Shown in pieces: positions 9,078-20,102 of a stretch of DNA of 49,822 nt (positions within the stretch are counted from its first letter, which is position 1; every line of letters begins with the position of its first letter). The DNA is from a bacterium. GTDB lineage: Bacteria; Patescibacteriota; Minisyncoccia; Minisyncoccales; CG1-02-41-26. The translations under genes and the position numbers were made by a program. The notes beneath the pieces are model-generated. The model did not search any database. It had not been told where the DNA came from and saw only the letters and a list, made by a program, of their open reading frames with translations. The stretch covers positions 1-49,822 of the forward strand of contig JAGGVK010000040.1 in the NCBI GenBank assembly GCA_021158045.1. Reading direction: 5' to 3'.

Positions 9078-9134
9078 AAACCAAAAGGTCTTCTTCTTAA
9101 AAATATTTTAGAACTTTATAGAAATTATAAATGT

Positions 9135-9821
9135 CTATTTCTGGGCAATCAGATAAATATTGTTTCTGTTTCCTTGTTTATTTCTAACAAACCCAATGTT
9201 CAATATTTTAAATCCGGACCTTTCAGCCAATTTTTTAAGTTCTCTTCTTGAAAAACTATGAAAATAAATCATAGCCTTCTTGCCCCAAAACCGCAAACTA
9301 TCTTTCAAATCTAACCTTCCTTGCAACCTCGCAATTATAGATTTAAAAATCAAAGCAATACTCTTTTTCTCTCTTATTTGCCAAACCGTCAAAATAAAAA
9401 GGCCCCCTTCCATTAAAACTCTTCTTGTTTCCCTTAAAAATTTTAGCCTCATTTTCTCTGAAGGGATATGGTGCAAGAGGGCAATACTGTAAACCTTATT
9501 GAAATAATTGTCAGAAAAAGGTAAATTTAAGGCATCAGCCACTTGAAAGTTTGCCCCAGAATATCTCTTCCTGGCAATTTTAACCAGTTCTTCAGAAACA
9601 TCAACGCCTATATAATCTATCCCTTTAGTTTTTAAAAGACTGTAAAACCTGCCATTTCCACATCCCAAATCCAACACCTTATCTCCTTCCTGAATATAAT
9701 CATTAAAGAGAAATTCCATTTCTGGCCAAACTTTCCATCTGCTGTCTGAAAACTCTCTGGCAATCTTATTATAACCTTCTCTATTCATTTTCAGTAGATA
9801 TTGAGCGTATTCTTTTTTCAT
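9135..9821 (-). CDS. Class I SAM-dependent methyltransferase, Trm9/ALKBH8-methyltransferase-like
   Basis: Motif I is VLDLGCGNGRF. Flanking blocks (FSDSRWKVWPEMEFL, ADALNLPFSDNYFNKVYSIALLHHIPSEKMRLKFLRETRRVLMEGG, YFHSFSRRELKKL) follow the Trm9 pattern as I recall it. The methyltransferase fold is secure; the Trm9 subfamily call is tentative. Confidence 0.7.
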   Translation of the reverse strand: MKKEYAQYLLKMNREGYNKIAREFSDSRWKVWPEMEFLFNDYIQEGDKVLDLGCGNGRFYSLLKTKGIDYIGVDVSEELVKIARKRYSGANFQVADALNLPFSDNYFNKVYSIALLHHIPSEKMRLKFLRETRRVLMEGGLFILTVWQIREKKSIALIFKSIIARLQGRLDLKDSLRFWGKKAMIYFHSFSRRELKKLAERSGFKILNIGFVRNKQGNRNNIYLIAQK

Positions 9822-9830
9822 TTCTTCATT

Positions 9831-11477
9831 ATGATTGAAAATTATAAGACAAAAAGAATTGCAGATAAAATAATTAAAGAACTAATTCGAAGCAGAATTA
9901 AGAGGAAAGACAAATTGGATTCTTTTAAGAGAAAAATTGCTAAAAAATACAAAATTCCTTGTCCAAGCAATGTGGAACTACTTAAAATTTATCACAAATT
10001 GGTCAAGAATAAAAGCATAAAACCTGTAAAAATCATTGAGAACTTGCTACGCAAGCGGCCTGTAAGGTCGTTATCGGGAATAGTCAATGTTTCTGTTTTA
10101 ACAAAGCCATTTCCCTGTCCGGGAAAATGCATTTTTTGCCCCCAACAAAAAAATCTGCCAAAAAGCTATTTAAAAGGAGAACCAGCAGTCCAAAGAGCAA
10201 TTTCAACCAATTTCAATCCTTACCTTCAAATCCAGACCCGCTTGGAAAGTTTAGAAAAAACCGGCCATCCTATAGACAAAATTGAGTTAAGAATAATTGG
10301 TGGGACATGGTCTTATTATCCGAGGCAATACCAGAGCTGGTTTATTAAGGAGTGTTTCAGGGCTTGCAATGAGTTTCCCTCAAAAAAACAAATACGTAAT
10401 AATGCGGCATCACATATAAAGGCAACAAAAAGAAAGTTAAAAGAACAGCAAAGAAAAAACGAAAAAGCGAAATGCAGAATCGTTGGCATCACTATTGAAA
10501 CCAGGCCTGATTACATAACCATAAAGGAAATAAAAACGATGCGAGAATTAGGTGTTACCAGAGTAGAATTAGGGATACAAAGCATTTATAATGATGTTTT
10601 AAAATTAGTAAAGAGAGGACACAATATTTCTTCCACAATAAAAGCAACCCAACTTTTAAAAGATGCAGGATTTAAGGTCTCCTATCAAGTGATGCCAAAT
10701 CTTCCTGGTTCTAATTTTCAAAGAGACGTTAAAATGTTCAGAGAGATTTTTCAAAACCAAAACTTTCAACCAGACCTCCTTAAAATTTATCCACTGGCTC
10801 TAATTAAAAGCACCCCTTTATATAAATGGTATCTGAAAAAAAAGTTTGTTCCATATTCCAAAAAAGAATTAACCGAACTTCTTATAGAAATAAAAAAACA
10901 AATCCCTTATTATTGTAGAATCCAAAGAGTTGTTAGAGATATTCCTTCCAAAGATATTGTTGCGGGAGGAGCAAAAGTATCAAATTTAAGAGAGATTGCG
11001 CAAAAGGAAATGAAAAAAAGGCGTCTCAAATGCCATTGTATAAGATGCAGAGAGGTGAAATCAGGCTATAAACCAAAGGAGAAAATCTATCTTTATAAAG
11101 AGCAATATTCTGCCTCAGGAGGAAGAGAAATATTTTTAAGTTTTGAGAACAAACAAAGGACAAAACTTTATGCACTTTTGAGATTGCGTATTCCTTCTCC
11201 ATCTCAGAGAATTCTTTGGAAAATATTCCCAGCATTAAAAAATGCTTCCCTAATCCGTGAAATCCACACCTATGGACAAATGCTGCCAATTGGCAAAAAG
11301 TCGCTATCTCCCCAACATAAAGGGCTAGGCAAGAAATTAATGTCTATAGCAGAAAACATTACAAAAAAAGAATCCAATTTTAAAAAAGTAGCTGTGATTT
11401 CCGGTGTGGGAGTAAGAGGCTATTATCGAAAACTGGGATATAGGCTAAAAGACACCTATATGATAAAGGCTATTTAA
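9831..11477 (+). CDS. elp3: Elp3-type radical SAM / GNAT tRNA uridine(34) modification enzyme
   Basis: Radical-SAM cluster motif PFPCPGKCIFCP, followed by IIGGTWSYYP, ITIETRPDY and VELGIQS. The C-terminal GNAT acetyl-CoA loop is QHKGLGKKLM. The start is moved to ATG 9831 (MIENYKTKR). Confidence 0.85.
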   Translation: MIENYKTKRIADKIIKELIRSRIKRKDKLDSFKRKIAKKYKIPCPSNVELLKIYHKLVKNKSIKPVKIIENLLRKRPVRSLSGIVNVSVLTKPFPCPGKCIFCPQQKNLPKSYLKGEPAVQRAISTNFNPYLQIQTRLESLEKTGHPIDKIELRIIGGTWSYYPRQYQSWFIKECFRACNEFPSKKQIRNNAASHIKATKRKLKEQQRKNEKAKCRIVGITIETRPDYITIKEIKTMRELGVTRVELGIQSIYNDVLKLVKRGHNISSTIKATQLLKDAGFKVSYQVMPNLPGSNFQRDVKMFREIFQNQNFQPDLLKIYPLALIKSTPLYKWYLKKKFVPYSKKELTELLIEIKKQIPYYCRIQRVVRDIPSKDIVAGGAKVSNLREIAQKEMKKRRLKCHCIRCREVKSGYKPKEKIYLYKEQYSASGGREIFLSFENKQRTKLYALLRLRIPSPSQRILWKIFPALKNASLIREIHTYGQMLPIGKKSLSPQHKGLGKKLMSIAENITKKESNFKKVAVISGVGVRGYYRKLGYRLKDTYMIKAI

Positions 11478-11612
11478 CTCTCTTGTTTCCCCTTTGTTTC
11501 CTATTCTTTTTGTTCCACATTAATCTTTCGACAAAAGAGCTTGGCGTTCTAAAAGCCAACTTTCCCTTTTTTGCCCTTTTTGAGGAATATTTTTTCATCT
11601 CTACAGCAAAGG

Positions 11613-12560
11613 TTAATTTTGATGAGAAATGCGGATTAAGCCAGAGCAAGGGACAATTTCAATCCCTTTCTTTTCCAACTTATCTAAAAACAAATTCATC
11701 CCTAAGGAATCAGAAGACATATGCCCGGCAATAACTACATTTATATTTGCTGCTTCGGCTTCTTTTTTATGCTCCTCGGAAATATGCATCCCAACCACTG
11801 TGCCAACCCCTGCTTGAGCCATTTTTTCATAGAGTTTTGGCGAGCCTTCTGTGCCTCCTGTAATCTCAGTTAGAGCAATTTTACCGCATCTATTATTTTC
11901 TGAACCAACAAATATTTTAGGGCCGGCTCCAATTTCCATTGCCTTTTTGTATTCTGGAATTTCTTTTAAAATAGCTATTATGTCCTCAATTCGTTCTGGC
12001 TTTTCTTTTTCAATCAAATCTTTTAAAAAACTTGCAGCCAAATTGTCACAAGGAGTATGAAGGTTCATTAAATTTTGCTTCAAAAGCCGGGCTGCATCAA
12101 CAGTCCGCTGATGATTGACTCCATTCACTCCCCTAGCCACTTCCTCAATTCTTGGAGCCATCAGCCCTTCAGCAATATTTATGGGCACGCCATAATAATT
12201 CAAAACATCACACTGTAAATCCATTACATCGGCTAAATGGGCTAATCCTTTTCCAATTGGATGATGGCCGATAATCAAATCAATTCCACCAATTTCTTTT
12301 GCCATCAAGATTTCAGCTGGGCCTATGTCAATGCCTACCAAAACTTTTTTTATTTCTTTATCTTTAGCAATATTGTAAATCCTTGAATCTAAATACGGAT
12401 TCTTTAGCGCTTCTTTGTCAAATTCTTCTTTTTTGTCTGCGGGCAACCTTTCGTATTTTTTTCTTTTCCTGTCCAAAAATTTTTTCACTCCATCTTCGCT
12501 TCTAAAGTCAGCTTTTATGCCCATTTGTATTGCTAAATTGAATATCTCGTTTATTGTCAT
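11613..12560 (-). CDS. NIF3 (DUF34)-like metal-binding protein
   Basis: 315 aa. DLIIGHHPIGKG and VVIAGHMSSDSLGMN resemble the His-rich dinuclear-metal motifs of NIF3/YbgI-type proteins. The assignment is moderate. Confidence 0.55.
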   Translation of the reverse strand: MTINEIFNLAIQMGIKADFRSEDGVKKFLDRKRKKYERLPADKKEEFDKEALKNPYLDSRIYNIAKDKEIKKVLVGIDIGPAEILMAKEIGGIDLIIGHHPIGKGLAHLADVMDLQCDVLNYYGVPINIAEGLMAPRIEEVARGVNGVNHQRTVDAARLLKQNLMNLHTPCDNLAASFLKDLIEKEKPERIEDIIAILKEIPEYKKAMEIGAGPKIFVGSENNRCGKIALTEITGGTEGSPKLYEKMAQAGVGTVVGMHISEEHKKEAEAANINVVIAGHMSSDSLGMNLFLDKLEKKGIEIVPCSGLIRISHQN

Positions 12561-12697
12561 ACCTTTTTTAGAAGTCTCTTATATAATTGGTCAATTAATT
12601 CTCTTTGCTTTTTCAAGTCTAAAATTTCCCGGCGAATCCGGGCTTTCTCTTTACGAATATATTTTCTCAAACTTTTGGGAAGTTGTTTTTTTGCCAT
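12557..12697 (-). CDS. Candidate 46-aa highly basic small protein, translationally coupled to the NIF3-like gene
   Basis: Below the ORF-track size cut-off. Hand translation gives MAKKQLPKSLRKYIRKEKARIRREILDLKKQRELIDQLYKRLLKKV*. Its TGA overlaps the downstream ATG (ATGA at 12560-12557). There is no obvious SD, and a GC hairpin (12628-12642) inside it could instead be a terminator. Confidence 0.3.
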   Translation of the reverse strand: MAKKQLPKSLRKYIRKEKARIRREILDLKKQRELIDQLYKRLLKKV

Positions 12698-12808
12698 AAA
12701 GGAAACTAAATAAAAAAATTTTCAAAAGAGACTGCATAATATTTTGTATCCTAACTTAATTTATTTAAATTATCAAGGAAAATTACATTTAACTCCTAGC
12801 TTTAAATA

Positions 12809-14251
12809 TCACTCTCCTTTGATTACAGCTAAAGGAGTCAAGCGAGCTACCTTTTTTGAAAGCCCGGCTTGGTGAATAACCTCTACTACCTCTTCAACAT
12901 CTTTATAAGCGCCAGATGCTTCTTCAGCTATACCCCTTAAACTATGACATTTCACAATAATTCCTCGTTGCTTTAGGTTTTGAATAACAACTCCGCCAGA
13001 AAATCTTCTGATTGCTGCATGGCGGGACATTCTTCTACCACTACCGTGAGCAGTAGTATAAAAAGCTTCCTTTCCTTCTTTTTGACCCACTAAAATATAG
13101 GAGGGTGTTCCCATAGAGGAAGGAAGTAGAACCGGCTGCCCAACTCCTTTGTATTTTTCTGGTAAATCTGGATGTCCAGGAGGAAACGCCCGAGTGGCTC
13201 CTTTTCGATGAACAATTAATTTCATTTTTTTGCCATCTACTTCGTGTTCTTCAACTTTAGCAATATTATGGGCTACATCATAAACCAATTTGAGATTTGC
13301 TTTTCCCCCTAGGACATTTTTCCAAGCCTCGCGAATATAATGAGTAATCATGTGTCTATTGGACCAAGAATAGCTTGCAGCAGCACACATCGCTTTAAAA
13401 TACCTTTGTCCCTCTGGGGAATTAAATGGGACGCAGGCTAATTCTCGATCTGGCAGTTTTATCCCATATTTTGGCATAGCTTTCATCATTATTCTTATAT
13501 AATCTGTAGCAATTTGATGACCAAGACCACGGGAGCCGCAGTGCACCATTATTACTATTTGATCTTTAAATAATCCGAAAACTTCAGCAGTTTTTTCATC
13601 AAAAATTGTTTCTACTTTTTGTATCTCGCAGAAGTGGTTGCCGGACCCGAGAGTCCCTAACTGATCTCTCCCCCGATTTTTAGCCCGTTCTGAAATGCAA
13701 GAGGCATCAGCCTCTTCCATCCTTCCTCTCTCTTCACAATTTTCAATATCTTCTTTTTCTCCATAACCCTTTTCTACTAAATAAGGTACTCCTCTTTCTA
13801 AAATTCTATTAATTTCTTCAATTGATAATTTTATCTGCCTTCCCCTTCCAAGCCCTGAAGGCACTTCTTTTTGAATTTCAGTAGCCAATTTATCTAAATA
13901 AGGCCTAATTTCTTTTTCAGTGTATTCTGATTTTAATAATCTGACTGAACACGATATATCATACCCAACTCCGCCAGGAGAAATAGCGCCATCTGGATAT
14001 TTAGTAGCTGCCACTCCGCCAATTGGAAAGCTGTATCCCTCGTGAATGTCTGGCATTGCCAAAGCATATTTTACGATTCCTGGCAAAGTCGTGGTGTTAA
14101 TTAATTGGTTTAAAGACTCGTCGCGAAAAATATCTTCCAACATTTTTTCGGAAGCGTAAACTCTAGCGGGAACTTGCATATCAGGCCTAAAACTTTTTGG
14201 AATTTCCCAAAGATACTCTGAAATTTTTATAAAATCTTTTTTAGAGAACAT
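12809..14251 (-). CDS. rtcB: RNA-splicing ligase RtcB
   Basis: Signatures are GSGNHFCEIQ, HCGSRGLGHQ and AHGSGRRMSR. 480 aa. Confidence 0.95.
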   Translation of the reverse strand: MFSKKDFIKISEYLWEIPKSFRPDMQVPARVYASEKMLEDIFRDESLNQLINTTTLPGIVKYALAMPDIHEGYSFPIGGVAATKYPDGAISPGGVGYDISCSVRLLKSEYTEKEIRPYLDKLATEIQKEVPSGLGRGRQIKLSIEEINRILERGVPYLVEKGYGEKEDIENCEERGRMEEADASCISERAKNRGRDQLGTLGSGNHFCEIQKVETIFDEKTAEVFGLFKDQIVIMVHCGSRGLGHQIATDYIRIMMKAMPKYGIKLPDRELACVPFNSPEGQRYFKAMCAAASYSWSNRHMITHYIREAWKNVLGGKANLKLVYDVAHNIAKVEEHEVDGKKMKLIVHRKGATRAFPPGHPDLPEKYKGVGQPVLLPSSMGTPSYILVGQKEGKEAFYTTAHGSGRRMSRHAAIRRFSGGVVIQNLKQRGIIVKCHSLRGIAEEASGAYKDVEEVVEVIHQAGLSKKVARLTPLAVIKGE

Positions 14252-14270
14252 ATTCTTTTACTTTTACGCT

Positions 14271-14675
14271 TTAAATATCAAATAAAATGGTTGCTTGCCA
14301 AATACCATTTCCCTCTTGATAAATCTCTAAATCGTGATAGGTAATCGCCTTAATGTCTTCTCCAAAGCTTTTGGTTTCATTGCCAATTAATTCGGCTTCT
14401 ATTTCAGTGTCTGAAAATTTCTTAAATTCTACATCCTTATAAACTTCTTTGTTAACTTGGCTTAGATACAGCGCTTCGCTTAAGAAATCAACTAAAAGCA
14501 AGGACAAATTAGGAGATTTTACTTTAATTTCTCTTTTTGTTTTTTGGTTTGAAACCTCAGCTCTTTGGCTATCGCTCATTGCTAAAAGTGCGTTTGAAAA
14601 AAGATTCTGCTTTGTTTTGCCAAACGCTCTGATTTTTAAATCTGCTTTATGTTCTAAAATTTTGTATTTTTCCAT
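14271..14675 (-). CDS. Archease (RtcB activator)
   Basis: 134 aa. It has an N-terminal LEHKADLKIRAFGKT (HTAD-like motif) and a C-terminal IKAITYHDLEI. It lies immediately upstream of rtcB. Confidence 0.85.
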   Translation of the reverse strand: MEKYKILEHKADLKIRAFGKTKQNLFSNALLAMSDSQRAEVSNQKTKREIKVKSPNLSLLLVDFLSEALYLSQVNKEVYKDVEFKKFSDTEIEAELIGNETKSFGEDIKAITYHDLEIYQEGNGIWQATILFDI

Positions 14676-14697
14676 TGCAAAGCCAACAATTTAAAAT

Positions 14698-15810
14698 TTA
14701 TTTTGTTGTTTCTGGAGCTAAACTCTGATGTAATTTGATACTCATTAGTATGCCTATTCCTAACCAAAAGGCTAAAATTTGAGAGCCGCCATAACTAACC
14801 AGTGGCAAAGGAATGCCCACAATAGGCAAAATACCCAATGACATTCCTATATTTACAGCTGCCCCAAACAAACAAAGAAAAGCAAATCCTAAACTGAAAA
14901 GCCGAGCAAAATTATCAGGCGCTCTAAATGCTATTCTAATCACCCGCCATAGAAAGATTGAAAATAATAAAAATAAAACTGCTACTCCTAAAAAACCAGT
15001 CTCTTCAGCAATAGACGAGAAAATAAAATCCGTTTTTGGCTCCGGCAAAAACCCATACTGCACCTGCGACCCTTTGCCAAAACCTTTCCCGAAAATGCCG
15101 CCAGAGCCAATGGCAATCTTTGATTGATTGACATTCCAAGAAATGCCTTGTTTGTCAACATTTGGATTTAAAAAAGCAATAATTCTCTGCTTCTGGTAGC
15201 TATGCAAGACAAACGACCAAGAAAAAACAACCAAAACCAAAGCTAAAAGAATAAGAAGCAAAAAATGGCGAATTTTTATGCCCGAAAACAAAACAATCCC
15301 TCCCCAAACAGCAATTAGGATGAGAGAGGAACCAAGGTCAGGCTGTAAAAAAATTAGAAAGGCAGGCAAAAAAGCCCAAAGTAAAGAAAAAAAGATGTGC
15401 CGAATTCTATACATTTCCACATGATACTTAGAAAAATATTTAGCCAAAACCAAACAGAGAACCAAAGCAGATATAAACACCGGGTCAAAAGAAAAAATAC
15501 CAATTTTATACCATCCCCTTATGCCCCTAATAGGCTTCACCCATAAAAGACCTGCTAAAAGCAAAACACTTATCAAATAAAAAGCAAAAATCAAACGGGA
15601 ATCAGCCCGCAAGACTCTGTAATCAAAAAAACTCACAACTACTGCCAACCCAACTCCCGCAAGCAAAAATACTATTTGTTTTTCAAGGTCAAAAAAATTA
15701 CCGCTCCTTTGACATATAGAGGCAATTTCTAAAATTCCAAATAATGCCAACCCTAAAGCAGCAGATATCAAGAGCCAATCAAATTTTTTTAGAGTCTTCA
15801 AGAGCACCAT
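14698..15810 (-). CDS. FtsW/RodA/SpoVE (SEDS) family peptidoglycan polymerase
   Basis: A polytopic protein with ...QPDLGSSLIL..., SWNVNQSKIAIGSGGIFGKG and PEPKTDFIFSSIAEE motifs. The start is placed at ATG 15810 (MVLLKTLKKFDW). The GTG at 15831 is an alternative. Confidence 0.85.
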   Translation of the reverse strand: MVLLKTLKKFDWLLISAALGLALFGILEIASICQRSGNFFDLEKQIVFLLAGVGLAVVVSFFDYRVLRADSRLIFAFYLISVLLLAGLLWVKPIRGIRGWYKIGIFSFDPVFISALVLCLVLAKYFSKYHVEMYRIRHIFFSLLWAFLPAFLIFLQPDLGSSLILIAVWGGIVLFSGIKIRHFLLLILLALVLVVFSWSFVLHSYQKQRIIAFLNPNVDKQGISWNVNQSKIAIGSGGIFGKGFGKGSQVQYGFLPEPKTDFIFSSIAEETGFLGVAVLFLLFSIFLWRVIRIAFRAPDNFARLFSLGFAFLCLFGAAVNIGMSLGILPIVGIPLPLVSYGGSQILAFWLGIGILMSIKLHQSLAPETTK

Positions 15811-15830
15811 TATATTTACATAGAGAACCA

Positions 15831-18357
<2,527 letters not shown>

Positions 18358-18370
18358 ATCAACATTTAAT

Positions 18371-18958
18371 TTAATATTGCACATCCAAATTCCTCTGAGA
18401 AACTGTTGTTTGCACTCTAATCTCCTGTGTTTTTCCTTTTTGCGATTGTAAAACTGCTCCAATTGTAACTTTTGGTTGCAATTCATCGCCCTGCTCCTCG
18501 CCGGAAAGGCAGAAAATCAAGTTTTCAACAGTAATTCTTGAAGAGGTCAGAGGCTCTGGAGAAGAAAGGTTGTCTTTTGAATTGTCAGAAGATTTCCTTA
18601 CCATAATTTGCCCGTCTTTCAATAAAAACTCCTCGCATTTTCCATCTCCATCATAATTCAAAAACCTAACACTAGATGGACCATCCAACTGTTGGAAATT
18701 ATATCCCTTGGCAATACAATGGCCCCCGAGATCTTTTTGCGCCATTCTTAGAGCGCGGGACATATACTCTAAACTATAGGAGATATTATCCAATATAGAT
18801 TGCCTTTCCAAAACACTCATCTGAATTTTCACAGCAGAACCAAAAAGACCTACAATTGCAGAAGCGCTGATTGAAAAAACTGCCATCGCAACTAAAAGTT
18901 CTACCAAGGTAAATCCATATTTGGCTCTTTCCTTTATTTGATTATGGTTTCCAATCAT
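18371..18958 (-). CDS. Prepilin-type minor pilin (PilW/GspJ-like)
   Basis: Class III signal: ...ERAKYG|FTLVELLVAMAVFSI. The start is placed at ATG 18958 (MIGNHNQ). The track start at 18979 is TTG. Confidence 0.65.
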   Translation of the reverse strand: MIGNHNQIKERAKYGFTLVELLVAMAVFSISASAIVGLFGSAVKIQMSVLERQSILDNISYSLEYMSRALRMAQKDLGGHCIAKGYNFQQLDGPSSVRFLNYDGDGKCEEFLLKDGQIMVRKSSDNSKDNLSSPEPLTSSRITVENLIFCLSGEEQGDELQPKVTIGAVLQSQKGKTQEIRVQTTVSQRNLDVQY

Positions 18959-19436
18959 ATAATTTTCCTTCAACAACAAAATGACTGTTTTTTTCTCTCT
19001 CCTGCCAGCTTACATTTACAGTAACTTTTAAAGCCGGAGCGCCAGTTTCAGGTTTAATTGTAATCTTTCTCTTGAACGGCGTTTTCTTATCATTTGGAGA
19101 AGGAGAATCAATATACTCATAAAAACCATTACTTCCATTAATATAAAGATTTCTCCCTTTATATGAAGAAAGCGCAGAATCATTATAATCAATTTCACAA
19201 CCTGTTTGGCAACCTTCCAAACCCCTATTCCAATTAAAACCTTTGAGCCAATTTTTGTCTCTAATATTTCTTACAAGTTCTATACCTTCTTGAGCCAACT
19301 GGGAAGCAATATAACGGGAAGAAACAGAATATAAAGAAGAAGATGTTCTTAAAACAGCAGCGTAAGCGCCAACAACACCAACCTCCATAATCGCAATAGC
19401 TATCATTATTTCAAGTAGCGTGAACCCTTTAGGCAT
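18942..19436 (-). CDS. Prepilin-type minor pilin (PilV/GspI-like)
   Basis: MPKG|FTLLEIMIAIAIMEVGVVGAY N-terminal cleavage/methylation motif. Confidence 0.7.
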   Translation of the reverse strand: MPKGFTLLEIMIAIAIMEVGVVGAYAAVLRTSSSLYSVSSRYIASQLAQEGIELVRNIRDKNWLKGFNWNRGLEGCQTGCEIDYNDSALSSYKGRNLYINGSNGFYEYIDSPSPNDKKTPFKRKITIKPETGAPALKVTVNVSWQEREKNSHFVVEGKLYDWKP

Positions 19437-19492
19437 TTTATTTTATTTATGATTTTACCATTGTCAAAAACTTCCAAAATTTTTTTATCTTC

Positions 19493-20098
19493 TCAATCTA
19501 CCTCTATCATACCAGTTGTATTCGTTTTAACCTTTCGATTTCTCCGGCCATTAGAAAGGGTAACAACCGACAGGGTTGAAGAACTCTGAGTGTTAATATA
19601 TACAATTGGGTCAGGAGGGATAAAAACTATGCTAAAAGAAGAGGCTGGACTGAGAGAAGAAATTTCTATTGATTTCTTTAAGTAAACTGTTTCCAGGAGC
19701 ACATCCGTGCCACTTTCCCACTGATGGTTGCCATTACAATCCGCAAAAAGAATATAGTGGTCTGGCCAAGAACTTTCGAAGTGAATACCAAAATTATTGC
19801 TTTTGCTGGACCCTCCGCAATTAGCTTCCTCAGCGCTTAAAGCCATCTCTCTTGCTTTTGCCAAATCCTGACTAAGTTGATGAGCAGCCCTTTGGAGTTC
19901 TAAATCTTTTTCGCCAAAGCGCCAATCAGCAAAGACAACAGAAGAAAGAATAAAAACAATTGATACCACTGTTAAAAGCTCTATTAATGTAAATCCAGCA
20001 TGCGAAAAGCCTAAGCAAGCTGCGGCTCGCTTTGCGCGAAAAGGCACATGTGAATTATTCGCAATTTGTAGATTAGTATTAGGTTTGTAGATTGGCAT
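19493..20098 (-). CDS. Prepilin-type minor pilin (FimT/GspH-like) with an unusually long leader
   Basis: ...LGFSHAG|FTLIELLTVVSIVFIL is preceded by about 34 residues with no internal Met. Confidence 0.65.
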   Translation of the reverse strand: MPIYKPNTNLQIANNSHVPFRAKRAAACLGFSHAGFTLIELLTVVSIVFILSSVVFADWRFGEKDLELQRAAHQLSQDLAKAREMALSAEEANCGGSSKSNNFGIHFESSWPDHYILFADCNGNHQWESGTDVLLETVYLKKSIEISSLSPASSFSIVFIPPDPIVYINTQSSSTLSVVTLSNGRRNRKVKTNTTGMIEVD

Positions 20099-20102
20099 CG
20101 CG

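Noticed and set aside
8943-9251. 102-aa plus-strand ORF
   Set aside because: It runs straight through the minus-strand tRNA-Arg(CCG) gene and into the 3' end of the methyltransferase gene. Its sequence is low complexity.
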